In this document: in pieces, positions 46,688 through 58,390 of the stretch | Layout: each line of letters opens with the position of its first letter | Position numbering within the stretch: position 1 is the first letter of the stretch | Assembly: GCA_010093995.1 (NCBI GenBank) | Contig: ML992503.1 | Location: 1,355,234 to 1,419,233 of the forward strand | Direction of reading: 5' to 3' | DNA: 64,000 nt | DNA from: Elsinoe ampelina | Taxonomy: Eukaryota | Translations under genes and position numbers: made by a program | Notes under the pieces: model-generated | Databases searched by the model: none | Seen by the model: only the letters and a program-made list of their open reading frames with translations | What the model was told of the DNA's origin: nothing

Positions 46688-48636
46688 ATGGCTCCGAAGA
46701 AAGCTGATACGAAAGTTCCTCCCAAACCCAGCGTCAAATCCACCGCCAAACCACATCAGGCTAAGGTCAGCAAGCCGGTGACTGAGAGCTCGCCTAGTAC
46801 AGTCGCCCGACGAAAACAAAGGACACATGACGCCAGCTCTGCCAGCAGTATCCCTGCATCCTCTACGGTAGCAACCACAGCCCGAGCTCCGCCCACAGCG
46901 CCAGTCGCCAATCCTTCTGCCATTGCCGGACAACCGCGAGAAGATGTTGGCAGGATCTTCCATTTCGACAGACAGACTCGTGGGCAGCAGAGAAAGTACG
47001 AGGCCTCACAAAGCAAGACTCAGGCTCCACCTCTACCACAGTCACATCCACAGCCACAGCCACAGATGGTACCAACCACGCAGCGCCAAACCAGTCCTCA
47101 TCACCCTCTGCTACCCGTCCAATCTCGTCCGCCAATTGACAATGCGAGCCATGGCCCTCTGCAGAACGGCCCGAGTCGATCTCGGCAAGCAACAAAAAGG
47201 CCAGTCGCCTCGAACTCCGGCCCCTACCCAGACTCCCAGCGACTGCACCCTTCAGACCACCAGCCCGTTCGCAACTCTATCGACACAGCATCACCAGCAG
47301 CGCCATCCGACCAAAATCCAGTTCTCGGAAGCGGCAGTCCTCAACTCTCCGACAGTGGAGAGATCACATCAGGTGGGTACGACACTTTCAACTACATGTG
47401 GGTCAAATACATCAAGAACCCACCTCAAGAATTGCCACCGTCATCGGATATGTACGTGGACATGAAGGACATACTACTTTACATGCATAACCAATTCCGT
47501 GCACACCTGATCGGAATAGATGCAAGCGACGACAGCGAGAACAAGAACACCAACAACCTGTATCGACTAATCGGCCCTAGAGCAAGGGATAATCCTAAGG
47601 TCGACAAGGATCTCCTTGCCGCACGCTCTGCTGGTTTCATTCGCGGTGTGGCGAAGGAGATGAGGAAGAACATGGATGAATATGAAGCCATTGCCGATGC
47701 GCTCATGAATGGGTCCGTACCTGGTGCCGACGATGTGGTAGGTTCCGTGGAATTCGACCACGATGCCCATGACTCCGACGGAGCTGGGTCTGCAGCACAT
47801 GCTGCCGGTACGGCCCAAGCTGTAGCGCCTCCCAATCTTCCAGAGAGGTCCCAAGGCGATGCCCGCTCATCAGGAGAACAACAGCAAGGCGGCGCCACGC
47901 AGCCATCGGAAGACACCGGCCCGACAGGAATAGTTGGTACACCTGGACGACAAGAGTAACGACTGACGCCTTTGTACTCACCGACAACCATGCTAATTTG
48001 ATTCACAGATCTGACCACGAGAAGAATGGCGACCGCGACGACGATGATGAGATCAAGAAGAACGGACGAGCCTCGCCTGACGGCCGGCCCGCTGAGAAAC
48101 GCCCCTTCGACGACTCCGACTCGGATCACGACGAGGCACCCGCTGCCGCCAGCGCTGGACGGCAAGTGGACCCCAGCGACTCACACGAGCAGAGAGCCAG
48201 CAGTCCCCGCGGCGATAGGCAGAACGAGGAAGGGGCCGAGAATCAGCAAGAGGGTGCCACTGGAACCAACGACGACAATGGCTGGACGGACATCGACGAC
48301 GTCCCTGATCTGCAGGACAGCTCTCGTCCAAGCCAGAAGCCATCGACCGAGCACGACGAGGAGATCGCCAGACAGCTCCAGGCTGATCTCGAGAAGAGCT
48401 CCAGCAAGAAGTTAACCGACAAGTCGATCCCAAGACTCGCCTCTCCGCTCCACACGCCGCCTCCTCATACCTTACCTTCTCCCAAACAGGACAGTCCGAA
48501 GGACGTACAAGGGACGAAGAGAGTCCGGCCAAGTGGTGAAGAGGTCGGAGCAGCCCAACCGCCAGTCAAGCGTCGAGACCTCGGCTGGAGCAAGATGTTC
48601 GACAGTGCCGGTAGACTCAGAAGGCTTGAGGGATGA
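46688..48636 (+). CDS. Orphan protein B, probable paralog of protein A (2 exons)
   Basis: MAPKK start; intron 47956..48008 (GTAACG...CTAAT...CAG) joins ORFs in phase; shares central motif with 44672 gene. Confidence 0.75.
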
Positions 48637-49249
48637 GAGAGCAGAAGGGGACAGATGGAGTGGGCGATGATGGACATTCGCGATGAAGATGACAGCGGCG
48701 ACGGACTGCGTTCATGGAAGATACGAAAATTCATATGAGAAATAGACTGATAGAATAGACGCCCAATGGCACCAACTCAACTTGCGAGTAGCATGTTTCC
48801 GCCGCCGTGACTGTACCTCGTACCGATTCTCCAATCTGCTAACTTCGGTCTGATGGAGCTATGGTTTGGCTGCACAGTCGATACTCGCACCAGAAATTCG
48901 ACTGCCATGCACTGCGATCTGTCCGGTGCATCTTGAGGTCATTGTTTGCCTGTGTCTTACCTGCCGTTTGCTCTGGCTCTTCAGAAGCAATGCTTAGCTG
49001 TGATTCACAAGCATTGTCTACTTGTCCTCGGCTTGCCTGTTGTCTCAGACAAGTATGTTTGTGCATGGTGTGATGCTCACCTAAGACAACAGCAATGTCA
49101 GCAAGTGTGGCAGACAGCAAACACCCTACCTATAAATCACCACTTCTCCATACCACTCTTTTCCCCTTCCCAATCCCACCCGCCACCACCAAGTACCACC
49201 CTCACCGCAAGCACAGCTAACCCACCACCCTACCACCACCTCCCAAGCC

Positions 49250-50512
49250 ATGCAGGGCTGCCTCCTCCACCCCAACGACCCCACCTGCCCCTTCGGCCCC
49301 GAAAGCAAAGGCCTCATCCCCTCATTCCAGCAGACCCAGGCTCTGCTCAACGACGCCATTATGAATTCCTCCAATCTAACCACTTCCCTCCTCACCATCC
49401 CACTCAAAGGCATCAAGCTCGAACACCTCATCCGCGCCGCCCCTGGACTGGTGGCGATGTGCTCTCCCCGCGCCGCCCCTGGACTGGTGGCGATGTGCTC
49501 TCCCCGCGCCATCGAAGGGGATCAGGACGCTGAACGCACTCTGATCCAGCTGTGGGATGCGATCGCTGAGAGGAGCGGGGTGGGTGCTGAGGAGCTGAGG
49601 GAGATGGGAAGGGGGGATGAGGAGGCTTGGGGTCCTTGGAGAGTTGTGAAGGAGGAAAAGAGGAGGTATTCGAAGATGCAGAATGAGGGGACGGAGATGG
49701 AGGTTGAGAAAATGCCGGTGCAGAAAAAATACCTTGCATTCAAGCTCCAGACGGCAGGGAAGACTGTGGCACAGGACCTCAGTGCTGGTATACGCAAGGA
49801 GAATGAGAGTCGCCCTGTGCAGAAGTGGAAGATTGCCATGAAGTTGAAGACGCCAGGGGAGCCCGCAACTCAGGGACGTGGCGATGACGTGGGTGCTGGT
49901 GTGCACAAGAAGAGTGAGGGGTTCGATGTGCAGAGGAAGAGGATTTCCTTCAAGCTGAAGACAGCAGGGGAAATAACGACTCACGGAAGGAGCGGAGATG
50001 AAGCAGAGAAAACCGACCGTGGTGGACCGAAGATCAAGCTTACGTTGATACCGAAGTCAGCTGGCGTCAGGAGCGAAGGAGGTGGCGAGTTAGCCCAGGA
50101 TGCAGAGAAGGATACTGATGCCGGGGCGCAGAGTGAAAAAGAATGGGCACAGTCAACCTATGTTGAAGGCAATTCCAAAAATAAGGAGTTTTGGGCCGGA
50201 CTTCTAATTGGTGGTGGTGGCGGTGGTCGTGGTGGTGAGTTGGCGCTGAGCCTCTGATTTGGAACTTGCTAATGTCATTCAGACGATGGCGACGATGAAG
50301 ACAAGAAGAAGCGGGAGAACGGAGGTGATGGGAAAGACAAGATAGATGAGCCAGACGTTGAGATGGGGGCCGAGGAAGAGGACGAGGAAGAGGAAGAAGG
50401 AACCGACCAGAATAGAAGCGAGGGAGCCGAGGCTGAGAACCAAGATGATACTTCTGAAGCTGGCGGAGTCGCCCTGCCACACAGGCCCAAGGACAGTGGC
50501 AAGAAGCAGTAG
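49250..50512 (+). CDS. Orphan protein with internal repeats and acidic tail (2 exons)
   Basis: TATAAA at ~49131; intron 50235..50282; repeated VQ.K...(F/M)KL.T.G; TAG at 50512. Confidence 0.7.
49432..49510 (+). repeat. Perfect 36-bp in-frame tandem duplication
   Basis: CCGCGCCGCCCCTGGACTGGTGGCGATGTGCTCTCC x2 encodes RAAPGLVAMCSP x2. Confidence 0.95.
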
Positions 50513-50856
50513 GAGGTGATGAGAGATGAGCAAGAGATCGTCTTGGGGGAGAAAAAGGGAAGAAGGCAAACCACTGGGAGAGCGTATTGCTGGTGGCGAG
50601 AGCATATAGACTTTAGACTGAGATTTACGAGATACATCGATGCTTCATCTGAAAACTACCTTGTGATTGATTCAAGACGAGTTGTGATGATATTGCTGTT
50701 GAGGCAGAAAGTCTCCATCGGTCCGAAGTGAAGATGGAAGTCGAGTGTCCCCACATCAGAATGTGGCGTCACGTCATCAGCATCGACCTCTTTTCTCCTC
50801 CTACAATACGATTACACTACTATCACACTTGACTGCACAGCTTGGGAGATAGCATA

Positions 50857-51612
50857 ATGGCATTCGCTGAGGATTCGACCGTGCTAGATCGTGTACTCAA
50901 TCCACAGGATGCCAACAAGAGATCTACCATCATCTTCCTACACGGCCTGGGTGACGACGGACATGGCGCTGGATACGGTCTAGCTCAACAGTTTCAGATG
51001 TACAACAAGCTACTTCACACGAAATGGGTACTACCAACTGCCAAGTTGGACAACGAGGTCGGCGAGCGCTGCTGGTACAAACCTCATGATCTCCCATCAC
51101 CACTGAAGCCACGGGTGCCTGGAGATCACGAGGTCGGCGAGGTCGACGAGGAGGAAGACGAGGACGGAATTCTCAAAACCGTGGACCTCATCGATGGCCT
51201 GGTAGAACAGGAGATTGCAGACGGCGTTGACCCTTCGAAGATTGTGGTCGGAGGCTTTAGTCAAGGTTGTGCAGTCTCGACTATCTGGGGCCTGAAAGGC
51301 AAGCACCGCAGCAAGGTCGCAGGTGTGTATGGTCTTAGTGGCTATTTCCCAAAGATCAAGTCAGTCAACGATGATGCTCTCTCTGGGACCGAAGCGAAAG
51401 GACATGCACCTCAGTGGTTCTTCGCCCACGGCATGGCTGATCGAGCTGTTGCGACCAATCTCTTCGCTGAGGGCCAGAAGAGGCTGCAGGAGCTCGTAGA
51501 CAAGGACAAGGTCGAGGGTCATGTCTATCAAGACCTGGCCCATACTATTGCTGGACCGGAGATCAGAGACATCTGGCTGTGGTTCAAGAAGGTGCTCAAG
51601 GAGGAAGAGTAG
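50857..51612 (+). CDS. Acyl-protein thioesterase / phospholipase-carboxylesterase
   Basis: IFLHGLGD, GGFSQG, HGMAD, LAH catalytic triad. Confidence 0.9.
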   Translation: MAFAEDSTVLDRVLNPQDANKRSTIIFLHGLGDDGHGAGYGLAQQFQMYNKLLHTKWVLPTAKLDNEVGERCWYKPHDLPSPLKPRVPGDHEVGEVDEEEDEDGILKTVDLIDGLVEQEIADGVDPSKIVVGGFSQGCAVSTIWGLKGKHRSKVAGVYGLSGYFPKIKSVNDDALSGTEAKGHAPQWFFAHGMADRAVATNLFAEGQKRLQELVDKDKVEGHVYQDLAHTIAGPEIRDIWLWFKKVLKEEE

Positions 51613-52168
51613 CCCTGCTTCTTCCCTGGATCCGCTTGTCCGATGTACTGGATTGTGACCGCCAAGGTATCAAGGGAACTTCTCGGCTGGTCATAGGATG
51701 AGCCATCCTCGACCGTTTGCACGAAGACTCCGCGGAGTCCGTCCACCGTCCCGCCTGAGGTGGTGGAGATGATGGAACACCCAGGACATGCACGTGTTGA
51801 AGCTGTACATATCAATATCCCACAGCATATTAGCCGTGGAACACGCGACCTCTCCAATCATTATGCTCGCCTTCCTCAAATCTTTGCCGATCATTCTGGG
51901 GAAGAGGCAAGTTATGATCTGCAGCAGTTCAAGCCCCGGATGAATGGCTATTACTACAGGGGCTTCCCCGCGCCACACGATCGGCTGAATGAAGCTGAAA
52001 CCACCAACTTCCTCCCCGGACTAGCATCCTCATATGCTTGTATTATGTCCGGATAAAGGATCGACAACTTCACATAATGTTCCCGTGTATAACATCAATA
52101 TATGTAATTGGTCATGAACAGCATGCCTCGCTGGCAACATTGTTCTTCTCTACCAAGCTGCAATTAAG

Positions 52169-53401
52169 ATGCATCGGATTATCACTACACTAGCACTGGC
52201 TGGAGCCCTGGGTTCAGGCGCAGGTAAGAAGCCATGTTATTCTAAATGACCATCGTTGCTGATCAGATCAGTCCTTCAAGAGAGGCAAGCTACTTGCGCT
52301 GCAATCCCAGCCAACCCAGCCCTGACCTCAGTGGCTGCTTTGCCCAATCCTTTCACCACGTTTGGTGGACAAGCCGTCACGACAAGAGCACAGTGGACCT
52401 GCCGTCAAGCTGAGATATCTTCGCTCTTCCAGAGATATGAGCTCGGTACCAAGCCTGCTGCTCCAAACGGCCTGACTGCATCCTTCTCCGGAACCACACT
52501 CAGCATCACCTCGACTATCAACGGGAAATCCATGACATTCAGTGTCACGATCAGGCTACCGACCACCGGCACTGCTCCATACCCAGCCATAATCGCTTAT
52601 GGAGCACCTTCCATCCCCATCCCAGCTGGCGTCGCCACCATCATCTTCGACAACTCAGCCATGGCCCAGCAAACCAATACGCAGTCCCGCGGTCAAGGCC
52701 TCTTCTACAACCTGTATGGTGCCCAAGCCGACGCCGCAGCCACCACCGCCTGGGCCTGGGGTGTCTCCCGCATCATCGACGCCCTAGCACTCACACCTTC
52801 AGCACAAATCGACCCAGCACGCGTCGGCGTGACAGGCTGCTCCCGCAATGGCAAAGGCGCCTTCATCGCCGGCGCTCTCGACAGCCGCATTGCCCTGACC
52901 ATCCCGCAAGAAAGCGGCTCCGGCGGCGCGTCCTGTTGGCGTCTGAGCGACGATATGCTTGCCCGCGGTATCAACACGCAAACAGCCCGACAGATTGTCA
53001 CCGAGAACGTATGGTTCAGCCAGCGTTTCGCAAGCTTTGGCGACAGTGTCAATACACTACCTGTGGATCATCATTTGCTTGTTGGACTGGTCGCTCCTCG
53101 TGGTTTGCTGGTGATTGAGAACACGGACTTTGAGTGGCTTGGGCCGTGGAGTGCATTTGGCTGCATGACGGCTGGGAGGAGGGTGTATGAGGCGTTGGAG
53201 GCAAAGGACAGGATGGGCTTCACTCAGGTTGGTGGGCATCAGCATTGTCAGTTCCCGGAGTCGCAGAGGGCGGACCTGGAGGCTTTTGTGGGGAGGTTCT
53301 TGTTGAGGAGGAATACGAGCACGGATATCTTCAAGACGGATGTGGGACAGCAGTTTGATGAGGGTAGATGGGCGCCGTGGACGACGCCGAGGTTGGTCTG
53401 A
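52169..53401 (+). CDS. Secreted glucuronoyl esterase (CE15)
   Basis: Signal-peptide exon MHRIITTLALAGALGSGA, intron 52224..52271; GVTGCSRNGKGA, PQESGSGG, GGHQHC. Confidence 0.93.
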
Positions 53402-53683
53402 GAAAAGGATCAATTGTTGTTCGGTAGCAATGCGATTCACTCCAACTTCCTATTGTCGCGTTCCTTTCGCTGGTTTTGTCAATTGCTACAGCCCTCAGCA
53501 AGTGACACGAGCAATTGTTTCACATGAATTGCAGTGACAAAACAGCAATGCACAATCGTACGGTGCCGGTATGTATATTTCCACTTCAGACCTACCTCTT
53601 CCATCATACAGACGAAAGACATCGACGTATTTCACGACAACGTCACAACGAAACATCTATCCACGACACGCAACTCCACACCA

Positions 53684-54697
53684 ATGGCACCCAAACGCCC
53701 TCCACCTCCTTCCAAGGACAAGCCCAGATCCGATCTCACACCCAGTCCATCACCCACCGAACCCATCATGCAAGACAACATCGTCGTCAACACCGGCCCC
53801 TACACTCCCTCCACAGAAGTGACCACGGGAATGGCCAGCAGCGGCAGCGCCAAAGGCAAAGGCAGCGCTCCCATAGCTGACACCCCTGGCACCTCGGCCA
53901 CAGCCCCTCATTCCGCCCCAGCCTCCGCGTCCAAATCCGCCATGGGCAAGCGCAAAGCCCCAGCTGACCCAGCACCAAAGCAGCCTCCCGCGAAGAAGCT
54001 CAAGCCAGTAGCTGTGGAGGAACTCGAGGACCAGCCCGGCCTGCAAGCCCAGCGACTTCCCCAGCCTGTGCGGAAGGATACCAATCCAGAAGAGGTGAGA
54101 TACTGCCACTCTCGTGCGGTGGACAAGTCGGCTAATGATAAATAGAAGGTTGTAGAAGTTGAACAGGGTCGTGTAGAGAAGAAGACAAGGAGTACCACGA
54201 CCGCGAAGCAGCTTCAGAAGAAAAAGGAGGAATTGAGAGATACTGCCGTGCAGGCGGGCGGCGCGAGTCGTGCAGAGGCCGTGGAGCAGGCGAAGAGGGT
54301 GCGGGAGCTGCAGGCTCAGGTGAGGAGCCTGGAGGTAGCCGCGAGTGAGGCCTCAAAAGCCCAGAGTGGGAGGAGCGAGGCCGATGAAAGGTTTGTGAGG
54401 GACGGGAGGAGACTGGTGGAGTTGATGCAGAAGTACGATGTCAAGGACAAAGGGAAGAGGGTCGTGACTGAGGAATCAAGTGTGGAGAATGCTCTTGGGG
54501 AGATGAGGAAGGAAATGTTGGCGGCTTTGCAGCTTGCTTGTAGGTATATGATTAGGGATGGAGAAGGAGGAGAGGAAGAGGCAGTGGGTGGGAATGAGAG
54601 AGCTGGGAATGGGGAGCAGGCTAGGAAGGACTTGAAGGAGGATATGAAGGTTGTGCTGAGGATCGCGGCGAGATGGTCTGGCATTGAGGGTGAATGA
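53684..54697 (+). CDS. Orphan protein (2 exons), basic N-terminus and helical C-terminus
   Basis: MAPKRPPP start; GKRKA...PPAKKLK bipartite NLS-like; intron 54095..54145 is in phase. Confidence 0.7.
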
Positions 54698-55329
54698 GGG
54701 ATTGTGGAGGAGAAATGGAAAAGGAGAGCAAACCTGCAGTGTCAAAATAGGCGTGCAGAGAAGTCTTTCAGAGACTGCATAGAGCAACACAGAATAGACC
54801 AGCATACTTGACGATCATGATGTGCCCTCCGGCGACGTCTGTGCAATCTTCTGGAGGCGACCAATTATGAACTTGCACAAGGATGCCATACAATAGTAGC
54901 GTCGACCTTTGCAGCGTTGTGGAATTGTCAAAGTGGAAGAAGCGCAGAAGGAGAGGACGGCGTCGGCAAATCGGCGAAATTAGTAAGCGGGGATCTCCAC
55001 GTCAAGTCACGTGGCTTGGTGGGGTCGAGATCGAGCTCCCCACTTTGCTGCATCTTCCACCATTTCTCCAATTGTCTCATCATCGCTTGCCGATTCCATT
55101 GCCAACACCAACAAACGGACATGGCGTTATGGAGCCCTAACTGGTTCTATCTTCCAACACCATTCCGAAGCCATCTGCTGACCATTGTTGCATTTCTCAC
55201 CGTCGATTAGTCATATTTGTAAGCTCTGCGGAATATGCCCGCCGTTGTTGATATAGGTGCCATAGCTCCTCTCTCTTCGCTTTTGCAGCCATTCAACCTC
55301 TTCACAATCTTCTAGATCTAGATAACCTT

Positions 55330-55362
55330 CTCACAAACACCTCACAAACACCTCACAAACAC
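55330..55362 (+). repeat. (CTCACAAACAC)x3 in the 5' leader
   Basis: Three direct 11-bp copies. Confidence 0.85.
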
Positions 55363-55387
55363 CACACAAGCTTTCAAAAACTTTACA

Positions 55388-56332
55388 ATGTCTATCAAGA
55401 CCGTAGCAGTTCAGGGTGTAAGTTCCCCATCACCAGCGAGCTCAGTCTTCCGCTAATCCAACTAGGCCACTGGCAACCTGGGACCCTTCGTTGTCGATGC
55501 TCTCGTAGATGCTGGATTCAAAGTAGTCGCACTCTCCCGCAACTCCTCCCACCCATCACAGCTCAACAAGGCCGCCACGGTCAAGCAAGTCAACCCTGAA
55601 GATGCCTCCTCCGTTACATCAGCACTCGAGGGTTCCGACGCCTTTGTCTCCGTAGTAGGCAACTCTGGCTTCGGTCAGCAGTCCACTCTCATCGATGCTG
55701 CCATCGCCGCCGGCGTCAAGTTCTTCATCCCCTCCGAGTTCGGCTCCAACACGGAGAACGCGAAGACGGCGGCACTCCCCGTCTTTGGCGCGAAGATCCA
55801 GACACAGAAGTATCTGGCGGAAAGGAAGGATAAGATTGGGTACGCCTTTATCAACAACGGAGCCTTCCTCGATTGGGGCTTGAAGAAGGACTTCGTCATC
55901 AACACATCCGGAGGCACTACCAAGCTCTTCGACGGCGGTGATGCAAAGTTCTCGGCCACGAATCTTTCAGACATTGGCAAGGCTGTTGCCGGCATCCTCA
56001 AGAACACGGAAAAATATAATGGCAAGTTTGTGCACATCAACACTGCCGTAACGACCCAGAACCAGCTACTGGCTGCAGCGAAGAAGGCTGGCTTAAAGGT
56101 TGAGACCGAGCCAGCGAGCACCGCAGACGTGTACAAGTCGAGCCTGGAGACGCTGCAGACAGGCAAGGGAGATATTGGTGCCGCAATGGTAGGCTTCCTG
56201 TTCTCTGCTCTGTTCGACTCTAGCTACGGCAATGTCTACGACCAACAGGACAGCCAGGATCTGGGCATCAAGGTATTGGATGACGCAGGCATTGAGGCTT
56301 TGGTGCAGCAGGTTGCCAGCGAGAAGAAGTAA
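55388..56332 (+). CDS. NmrA/isoflavone-reductase-like NAD(P)-binding oxidoreductase
   Basis: VAVQG|ATGNLG (intron 55418..55465); AAIAAGVKFFIPSEFG; GAFLDWG. Confidence 0.9.
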
Positions 56333-56405
56333 TCGCATAGACGTAATAAATAATGACCAAAGTAGTCAACCATTGAAGAGACTCTGTCGCTGCAACCGTG
56401 ACAGT

Positions 56406-57881
56406 TCATTGATCGTCTTGGATCATCAGGCTCATGACAGCCATCAGATCCATCACCGCCATGTTCGAGTGCATCGTGCTCTTACCTCTGGGCCCAGCCC
56501 ACCAGGGACCATACCTCCCCTCGTCATCTTCTCTAAAGGATCTCACACTCTCAAAGGTGCTCTCCACAAACCTCTTCATCTTCTTACACTCCATTCCCAT
56601 CTCCTTTCTATGTAGGCCCTCCACCTCTACTCCCTCTTTCTGCAGAAGCCGCAGATAGTCATACATCTTACCAATAGTCCTCACAAGAACAGACTTGAAA
56701 CCCACCGCATCGTTATTCTCCTCTGCGTCATGCGTGTCGGGTCCATAAGCGCTGTACTCCGCTAGTACGCCATCCTCGACCCACTCTCGCCTCCTCATAG
56801 CAGATGCAACCATCCAGACGGCGAGGACAAGTAAGCTGTCTGCCCGTTTGCGCTGTTTATGCTGCATCATTGCATCCCCAACAGATGAGTCCGGCAAGTC
56901 CAAGACAGCCGAGTGGATGGCAATACAACCCGCCACCGTCTGTGCAGTGGTATACGTGAAAGTCCACTCCACCACCTCTCCCGTGTCCAGTTTCAGGGTG
57001 TCCAGCACCACCAGCTCATCAGACCGGAAGAGCGTCGCCAGGATAAACCCGATCGAAGTCATAGCTTGCTCCACCAGCTCCCCCGGACCAGGAAACGCCC
57101 ACCCGGCATCCCCCCCCTCAATCTCCGCCCCCTGCCTCTCCCCCTTCTCCCCCCTCCCGAGCTCCACCCCCGCAAGCAAACCGCAAAACTCACCCCACAG
57201 CCCGGTAGTAACGCTATTCACCTCCCTACACGACGGCCAATCTCCCCCTCCCTCCGGGACAGACTTCCACAACACCGCCCCCTCCACGTCCCTCCCTTTC
57301 GCATCCCTCGCGCCTCGCGGGAGCACGAACCTCCTCACATGGGCGTAGATGGCCCTGCATGTTGATAGATACCCTTTGTCCCCGGTCGCGGTGTGGAGGT
57401 GGAGGAGGAGGAGGGCGTACCAGAGGGTGTCGTCGTTGAAGTCGTTGATGCAGTGGGGGATGTGGTGGAGGGTGAGGGAGAGGAGGTGGTGCAGGAGGGG
57501 GATGTTGGGGTGGGGATTGGGGGGGTGACTAGAGGGGTGGTTGGGGGGATGGTCGGGGGGGCGATTGTGGGGATGATTTGAGGGGCGAGAGGAGGGGCGA
57601 GAGGAGGGGCGAGAGGAGGGGCGAGTGGACCAGATGTCGTGCAGGGCGATGGCGGTGTAGGCGTTGGCTGTTTGCCAGTAGCCTAGGGAGGGCAGGAGGC
57701 CGGTTTGGGCGTTGGCGGAGGATAGGAGACGGGTGATGAGGGTTTGGGTGATGGTTGGTAGGGTGTCGTCTTGCTTGATTGATGGTGTTGGCGACGAGGG
57801 AGTCGAGTGGCGGGAAGATGTGGACGCTTCGGCTGCATCGATGGCGTCTGAGGCGGTGTGCTGAGTATGACGGATGACCAT
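56406..57881 (-). CDS. Glycoside hydrolase family 76-like protein
   Basis: WQTAN, NDFNDDTLW, G.VLW, NSVT, WTFTY, DAVGFKSVLVR, YGPWWAGP. Confidence 0.8.
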   Translation of the reverse strand: MVIRHTQHTASDAIDAAEASTSSRHSTPSSPTPSIKQDDTLPTITQTLITRLLSSANAQTGLLPSLGYWQTANAYTAIALHDIWSTRPSSRPSSRPSSRPSNHPHNRPPDHPPNHPSSHPPNPHPNIPLLHHLLSLTLHHIPHCINDFNDDTLWYALLLLHLHTATGDKGYLSTCRAIYAHVRRFVLPRGARDAKGRDVEGAVLWKSVPEGGGDWPSCREVNSVTTGLWGEFCGLLAGVELGRGEKGERQGAEIEGGDAGWAFPGPGELVEQAMTSIGFILATLFRSDELVVLDTLKLDTGEVVEWTFTYTTAQTVAGCIAIHSAVLDLPDSSVGDAMMQHKQRKRADSLLVLAVWMVASAMRRREWVEDGVLAEYSAYGPDTHDAEENNDAVGFKSVLVRTIGKMYDYLRLLQKEGVEVEGLHRKEMGMECKKMKRFVESTFESVRSFREDDEGRYGPWWAGPRGKSTMHSNMAVMDLMAVMSLMIQDDQ

Positions 57882-58390
57882 GGTGATTGGTGGTGTGCTC
57901 CGAGTCTAGGGCTTGTCAAGCATACCAAGACGGCATCTTGTTCCTGTGCCAAAATGATGGGCGAGTCGTGTTGCCAACGGCTTCCTCTATCTACCCGATA
58001 CCAGCCGTATCGGTGTGCATCACTCGACCGGAGATGTGGTGCTGAGTCTAGGGTCTTATGTCTCGAAGAACGACACCTGCAAGGCACGCGTGGTCACTCT
58101 GGACAGACCCAAGATCGTCATGTTTGATCGACATGGATGCGGGGTCGTCGGAGCAGTTCGATCAGAACAAACCACGGAGATCCACAATTCAAGGTTATAC
58201 AGATGCTTGAGAAATACCGTCTATTTTATGTGTGCCCCACTGATCTGCATCCTTGCATCCAGCTGCCTCTACAACACCAAACACCTTGCTCTAGAACTTC
58301 ACCCACCTGGTCATCTGTCCAATCCTCGGAGCTCCGCGGAGCAATTATCTGTACAGTAGAGCAATTGCGGTGTGACTATCAAGACCGAAC

